Shown: positions 34,646 through 38,183 of the stretch, piece by piece
Layout: every line of letters begins with the position of its first letter
Numbering within the stretch: position 1 is the stretch's first letter
Notes under the pieces: model-generated
Told to the model about the DNA's origin: nothing
The model's database searches: none
What the model saw: the letters and a program-made list of their open reading frames with translations, nothing else
Translations under genes and position numbers: made by a program
Assembly (NCBI GenBank): GCA_965242965.1
Contig: CBDETU010000001.1
Location: 1 to 38,183 of the forward strand
Length of the DNA: 38,183 nucleotides
Reading direction: 5' to 3'
Source: Candidatus Poribacteria bacterium
GTDB taxonomy: Bacteria > Poribacteria > WGA-4E > WGA-3G

Positions 34646-36694
34646 TTAGACAGCTGCGTCCAGTTTCAGGCCGCGCAATATGACTGCGCCGGAGCCTTGA
34701 ATTCGGATGCGGCAGGCAATGCCGCGTCGGTTAATCGGGACCCGGAGTGGGCGGAGTTCGTCCCGCGTGAGCTCCATCACTTTTTGCAAGGCGAGTCTAT
34801 CGTCACTGAAGATTGAGACGAGGACGCGCGCCGGTCCGGTGTCTTCCACCCAGACATGATTACCAGCGGTGATGATTTTATTTCCGAATCGCCAGCCCTT
34901 TAATGTTCGGGTGGCGTTGGCCAGGTCAAATCGTTGTTGCGATGCGAGGATGACAGAGTTTGCGATGCCGGCGATTTCGAGCCATCGGAAATGCTTGAAT
35001 CGTTCCGAGTTCCAGTCAAGGTCCTGCGATTCCCACAGCCATTCGATGGGTTCGTCTCCGTCCGCGATGTCATGCGAGTGTTCCCAGATGAGCTCCTTAA
35101 GGTTTTCCTTTCCGGTAGCGGCGAAGAGTCGTGCGCGATTTTGTTCGGCGAGCGCGAGCTGGTGAATTTGCTGTCCGTCGACTCGAAACCATGCGCCGTT
35201 TTCAAAGTGATAAAAGAGCTGTTGGGCTGTTCCCGTTCTGTCCTGTAATTCTGCGGCGAAGAGGATACCCTGGTCAGGTAGCACCTCGCAGAGTCCGGAT
35301 AGAGCCTGTGCGCCTTCAAAGTCTCGCTCGATTGCATCCGAGACTTTCTGCACCGTGGCTCCGTCGGTGACATAAAACCCCGCTCTTCCTGCGAATCCGA
35401 TAGTATCGGCGAGCGCGCCCATTGCGTGTGAGGAGACAGGCCCGGCGTGTCCAACCCTGTCAACGTCAAAATTAAATTCGCTTTCGCCCGTCAAGCGAAA
35501 GAGTCCACCCGGTCCGCCGAAAAGAAAGACGCCGCGGTGCTCGATGCCCGTTACAGCTGGTCTTCGGATAGTGTTGACTTTCGGGAACGCCCAATGGGTA
35601 GGTGTTCCGAACCGCATATCAGAGTAACGTAGTCCTTCCGGTGTCGGTGCGAAAATCCTGTCCCGATAGAGGGCGATGGTCTTCACGTCTTCGGGTAGTT
35701 TGTCGTTATCAAACTGAAGTTGCACCTGTTCTGGCCAATGTTCGGCAGAGCCCCGCGGTCCGAGCCGTGTCGAGGTGCGCCCGCGTGGCAGATAATCGAT
35801 GCGCCGATACACCAGGTCATCGATGAATAAATCGCCTACCCGTGTTCCGTCAGGGAGTGTTTGTTGCAAGGCAGGGACAGCCTGCGATTGATAGAGAAAC
35901 ACCCCGGTGACTTGTCTGTCATCGGCATGCGCGATGCCCGTTAGATTGACGGTAGCATAGGGCGATCGGATAACGTTGACAAGCAGTTCGTTTCCGTCAG
36001 CGTCCCGAAATGTCCGTAGATTTGCGTTCGCGTCATCAGGTCCGAGGAAGGCGAAGATTTGTGGTGTGCCGGGATTGCTTTCCATGCCGGCAAATGGGGG
36101 TGCGTTGACGGACAGTCGATTTTCAATAAAAGCGTCTTGCGAGTTTGCGAAAACGCGGGCATTCGTCCATCTGAAGACGTAGGCACTTCCCACCTCGAAA
36201 ATTCCGCCGGGTGTTCCCGGGATGTAGGTTGCATTGGCGCGCCAGTTCGGGACATCGAGTCCGAGCGGATATGCATCGACTTGTCGGTTGCGCGCAATCA
36301 CGTCTCGCCGAAGATCCAACCATAACCCCGGTCCTGTTTCTGCTTTGACAATTGCAAAGTCAGCGTATTCGCTGATGAGCGAGAGTTTGCCCTGTAATTG
36401 CTCGGTGGTGTTGACAAGCCTGTCCCTGTCAGGTTCGTCAGCGAATCGAATCCAGAGCTGTCCATTGTCAAGCAAATAGACGAGGTAATCTGTCGCGGCG
36501 GCGATGCCTGTAATCTTTGCGGAATCCCAGCGCGTCTCGACGGTTGCAAAATTAAATCGGGGGACGAGATGTCCGTTTCGGTTTGCGCGTAGATTTTGCA
36601 CGTTGCGCGCGAATTGTGTGCCGCCCTCTACGCGAGAGGGATCGGTGTGCATTCCCGCCGAAAACCGAGTCACTTCCCATTGCAACCGTTGCAT
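34646..36694 (-). CDS. tail nozzle / P22 gp10-like stabilisation protein
   Basis: Start MQRLQW (TAATG coupling, GGAGG RBS); F.AGM...P......A....N.....G.L..R N-terminus; YRDRIF, LRYSD, W.WES, KHFR motifs; beta-rich, about 682 aa. Confidence 0.75.
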   Translation of the reverse strand: MQRLQWEVTRFSAGMHTDPSRVEGGTQFARNVQNLRANRNGHLVPRFNFATVETRWDSAKITGIAAATDYLVYLLDNGQLWIRFADEPDRDRLVNTTEQLQGKLSLISEYADFAIVKAETGPGLWLDLRRDVIARNRQVDAYPLGLDVPNWRANATYIPGTPGGIFEVGSAYVFRWTNARVFANSQDAFIENRLSVNAPPFAGMESNPGTPQIFAFLGPDDANANLRTFRDADGNELLVNVIRSPYATVNLTGIAHADDRQVTGVFLYQSQAVPALQQTLPDGTRVGDLFIDDLVYRRIDYLPRGRTSTRLGPRGSAEHWPEQVQLQFDNDKLPEDVKTIALYRDRIFAPTPEGLRYSDMRFGTPTHWAFPKVNTIRRPAVTGIEHRGVFLFGGPGGLFRLTGESEFNFDVDRVGHAGPVSSHAMGALADTIGFAGRAGFYVTDGATVQKVSDAIERDFEGAQALSGLCEVLPDQGILFAAELQDRTGTAQQLFYHFENGAWFRVDGQQIHQLALAEQNRARLFAATGKENLKELIWEHSHDIADGDEPIEWLWESQDLDWNSERFKHFRWLEIAGIANSVILASQQRFDLANATRTLKGWRFGNKIITAGNHVWVEDTGPARVLVSIFSDDRLALQKVMELTRDELRPLRVPINRRGIACRIRIQGSGAVILRGLKLDAAV

Positions 36695-36999
36695 TACTTC
36701 CTCCGTTCCTGCCACCATCGCCAGCCGAAATGCACGCCACAGGCATAGCCGAACGTGAGATATTTCATGGCGATGAAATTGGCGATGTCGACGTAGGGCT
36801 TGTCCTTCACGTTCAGATACTCGGATACCTCGTAGGTGAGGAATGCGAGCGTTATCGCCAGTGCGAACAGCGCGGGCGGCACAGACTTGTGAAACACGCC
36901 CCGCGCGAACAGTATCCCGGCGGCGATGCCCTGCGCCCAGTGCATAATCGTGGCGAACGGGTATTCCGAGAAGGTTAAATAGCCCAAAAGACTAGACAT
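36694..36999 (-). CDS. holin candidate
   Basis: 101 aa with two to three hydrophobic segments and basic C-terminus QERRK; overlaps the lysozyme stop. Confidence 0.5.
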   Translation of the reverse strand: MSSLLGYLTFSEYPFATIMHWAQGIAAGILFARGVFHKSVPPALFALAITLAFLTYEVSEYLNVKDKPYVDIANFIAMKYLTFGYACGVHFGWRWWQERRK

Positions 37000-37429
37000 C
37001 GAAAGGCTCTCCCGAATCGGTGATGAGGGCCCGCGCCAGCCGATGGTATCTCTCGCCGGTCTGGCGGGCGGCGCGGCTATCGAGGATTTCGTCGGCGGCG
37101 GTAGACATATCCCCGGCTTTCAACGCGGCGATCGCTTTGTGGAACTTTTTGAAAGTCCCGACACCGAGATTGAAAATGAGATTGACGATGACTTCGCGCT
37201 GCACATCGGTGAACGCCTCGAATCCGTCATCGCCGAAGACTTGGCGTGCATCCCCGATGGCCCTATCAATATCATTCGAGAGCAGCAGGTCTGCCTCCTG
37301 ATCCGAGATGCCGACGGCTTCTAGATTTCTACCTACGCCGATGGTGGTGATGCCCTGCGTATCCTTGTAGGGTGTGAGCCTGACACCTTCATCGCGGCGC
37401 AGCGTTTTGATGAGTCTGTCCCTATCCAT
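36992..37429 (-). CDS. endolysin, GH24 (T4-type) lysozyme
   Basis: DEGVRLTPYKDTQGITTIGVGRNL with E-x8-D-x5-T triad; NLIFNLG; GGAGG RBS before MDRDRL. Confidence 0.95.
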   Translation of the reverse strand: MDRDRLIKTLRRDEGVRLTPYKDTQGITTIGVGRNLEAVGISDQEADLLLSNDIDRAIGDARQVFGDDGFEAFTDVQREVIVNLIFNLGVGTFKKFHKAIAALKAGDMSTAADEILDSRAARQTGERYHRLARALITDSGEPFDV

Positions 37430-37450
37430 GCTTTTCCTCCCGTGTTGTTT

Positions 37451-37479
37451 AAGATAGCACCTTTCGTGATTTTTGTCAA
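37451..37479 (-). promoter_or_regulatory. sigma70-type promoter, proximal to lysis/tail operon
   Basis: Minus strand TTGACA-17 bp-TATCTT with extended -10 TG. Confidence 0.7.
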
Positions 37480-37558
37480 AGATGGCGTTCTGGGTGGCGA
37501 TGCCATCCAGAACGCTGGAGAATGAAAATGTCAAGTTCTCGGTTCTATTGACACGGTT

Positions 37559-37587
37559 ATCTTACACGTGTTTGCAAAAAATGTCAA
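37559..37587 (-). promoter_or_regulatory. sigma70-type promoter, distal to lysis/tail operon
   Basis: Minus strand TTGACA-17 bp-TAAGAT. Confidence 0.7.
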
Positions 37588-37592
37588 GTGTT

Positions 37593-37634
37593 AAAAAAAA
37601 CGCAAGCACGGGCGCGGGGAGCTCGTGCTTGTGT
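37593..37634 (-). terminator. intrinsic terminator after the HNH-HTH gene
   Basis: Stem CAAGCACG/CGTGCTTG with imperfect extension, followed by a T-tract on the minus strand. Confidence 0.7.
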
Positions 37635-37655
37635 AAAAAGCGGAAAGAAGTCCAG

Positions 37656-38183
37656 TTATCCGAGAATTCGCAAGACCTGGTCCAATTCGATTTTCCATCG
37701 GGTTTGATGGCCGTTCATGACGGAGCGTTGTGCGGCTGTCAGCGTAGGCGTTCTCCAGCCGAGGAATTCGCGGATAGCGGGAAACCGGAAGGTCGGGATG
37801 TGTCGTCGGGTTAGCCATTGTCTGGCGGTATCATGATTTTTGAGGTTGCACTGTCGTCCTAATGCGCCGTAGGACTGTCCGTTTTGGCTCAGGGCATATT
37901 TCACCAAGGTCTGCTGCCATGTTTTTGTTTCGTCGCTGATGGTCTGCAGGTGTGGCTTCCAGCAGTCGGGCATGATAGGCGTAGGGACTTCGTAAATATC
38001 CAGGTCCAGGAGAAAGCAGTGGAGTGCCCATGCTTCCAGTGTTATCGGCTTAGTCGATTTCGATGAGAGCATTTTCCAGAAATATGCCAAAGATACTTTT
38101 TTTGTGAGGCAGGCTTGCATCGCGGCCGCGGTCCAGCCTGCGTCCCATCTTTTGATGCTGAGCCAGAGATAAAAGGCTTTCAG
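37656..38183 (-). CDS. 3' part of the HNH-multi-HTH gene (open at the right edge)
   Basis: Frame is open from 38183 (LKAFYLWLSIKRWDAGWTAAAM...); XRE-like YALSQNGQSYGALGRQCNLKNHDTARQWLTRRHIP; in frame with 1-969 if the ends are joined. Confidence 0.8.
   Translation of the reverse strand: MKAFYLWLSIKRWDAGWTAAAMQACLTKKVSLAYFWKMLSSKSTKPITLEAWALHCFLLDLDIYEVPTPIMPDCWKPHLQTISDETKTWQQTLVKYALSQNGQSYGALGRQCNLKNHDTARQWLTRRHIPTFRFPAIREFLGWRTPTLTAAQRSVMNGHQTRWKIELDQVLRILG

Noticed and set aside
1-38183. Integrase/att site, tRNA genes, or stop-codon reassignment
   Set aside because: No recombinase motifs or tRNA cloverleaf noticed by eye; genes tile densely under the standard code. tRNAscan and HMM searches would be needed to exclude them formally.

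Overview
This window looks like a complete, probably circular, 38.2-kb genome of a short-tailed (P22/podovirus-like) phage, with every credible protein gene on the minus strand. An HNH-nuclease/multi-HTH ORF missed by the ORF track runs off position 1 and continues in frame from position 38183, which is the main evidence for circularity. Recognisable virion and lysis genes: TerS, TerL, portal, scaffold, major capsid, decoration, adaptor, three ejection-like proteins, nozzle, fibres, GH24 lysozyme and a holin candidate. I see no integrase, helicase, primase, polymerase or ParA. Instead there is a plasmid-style replicon: a tandem-HTH Rep, 21-bp iteron-like repeats and a two-hairpin antisense RNA inside the rep leader, so this may be a phage-plasmid. 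Notable cargo: (i) a candidate anti-defence cassette between terL and portal (Tad1 homolog, a tandem paralog pair, a RyR-like protein); (ii) four glycosyltransferases plus a P-loop kinase around the capsid genes, possibly for virion glycosylation; (iii) three proteins with export signals, including the giant fibre; (iv) three copies of an unexplained 84-101 bp element bounded by TGTCTTAA...TTAAGACA. All family calls come from reading motifs by eye; no database searches were run.
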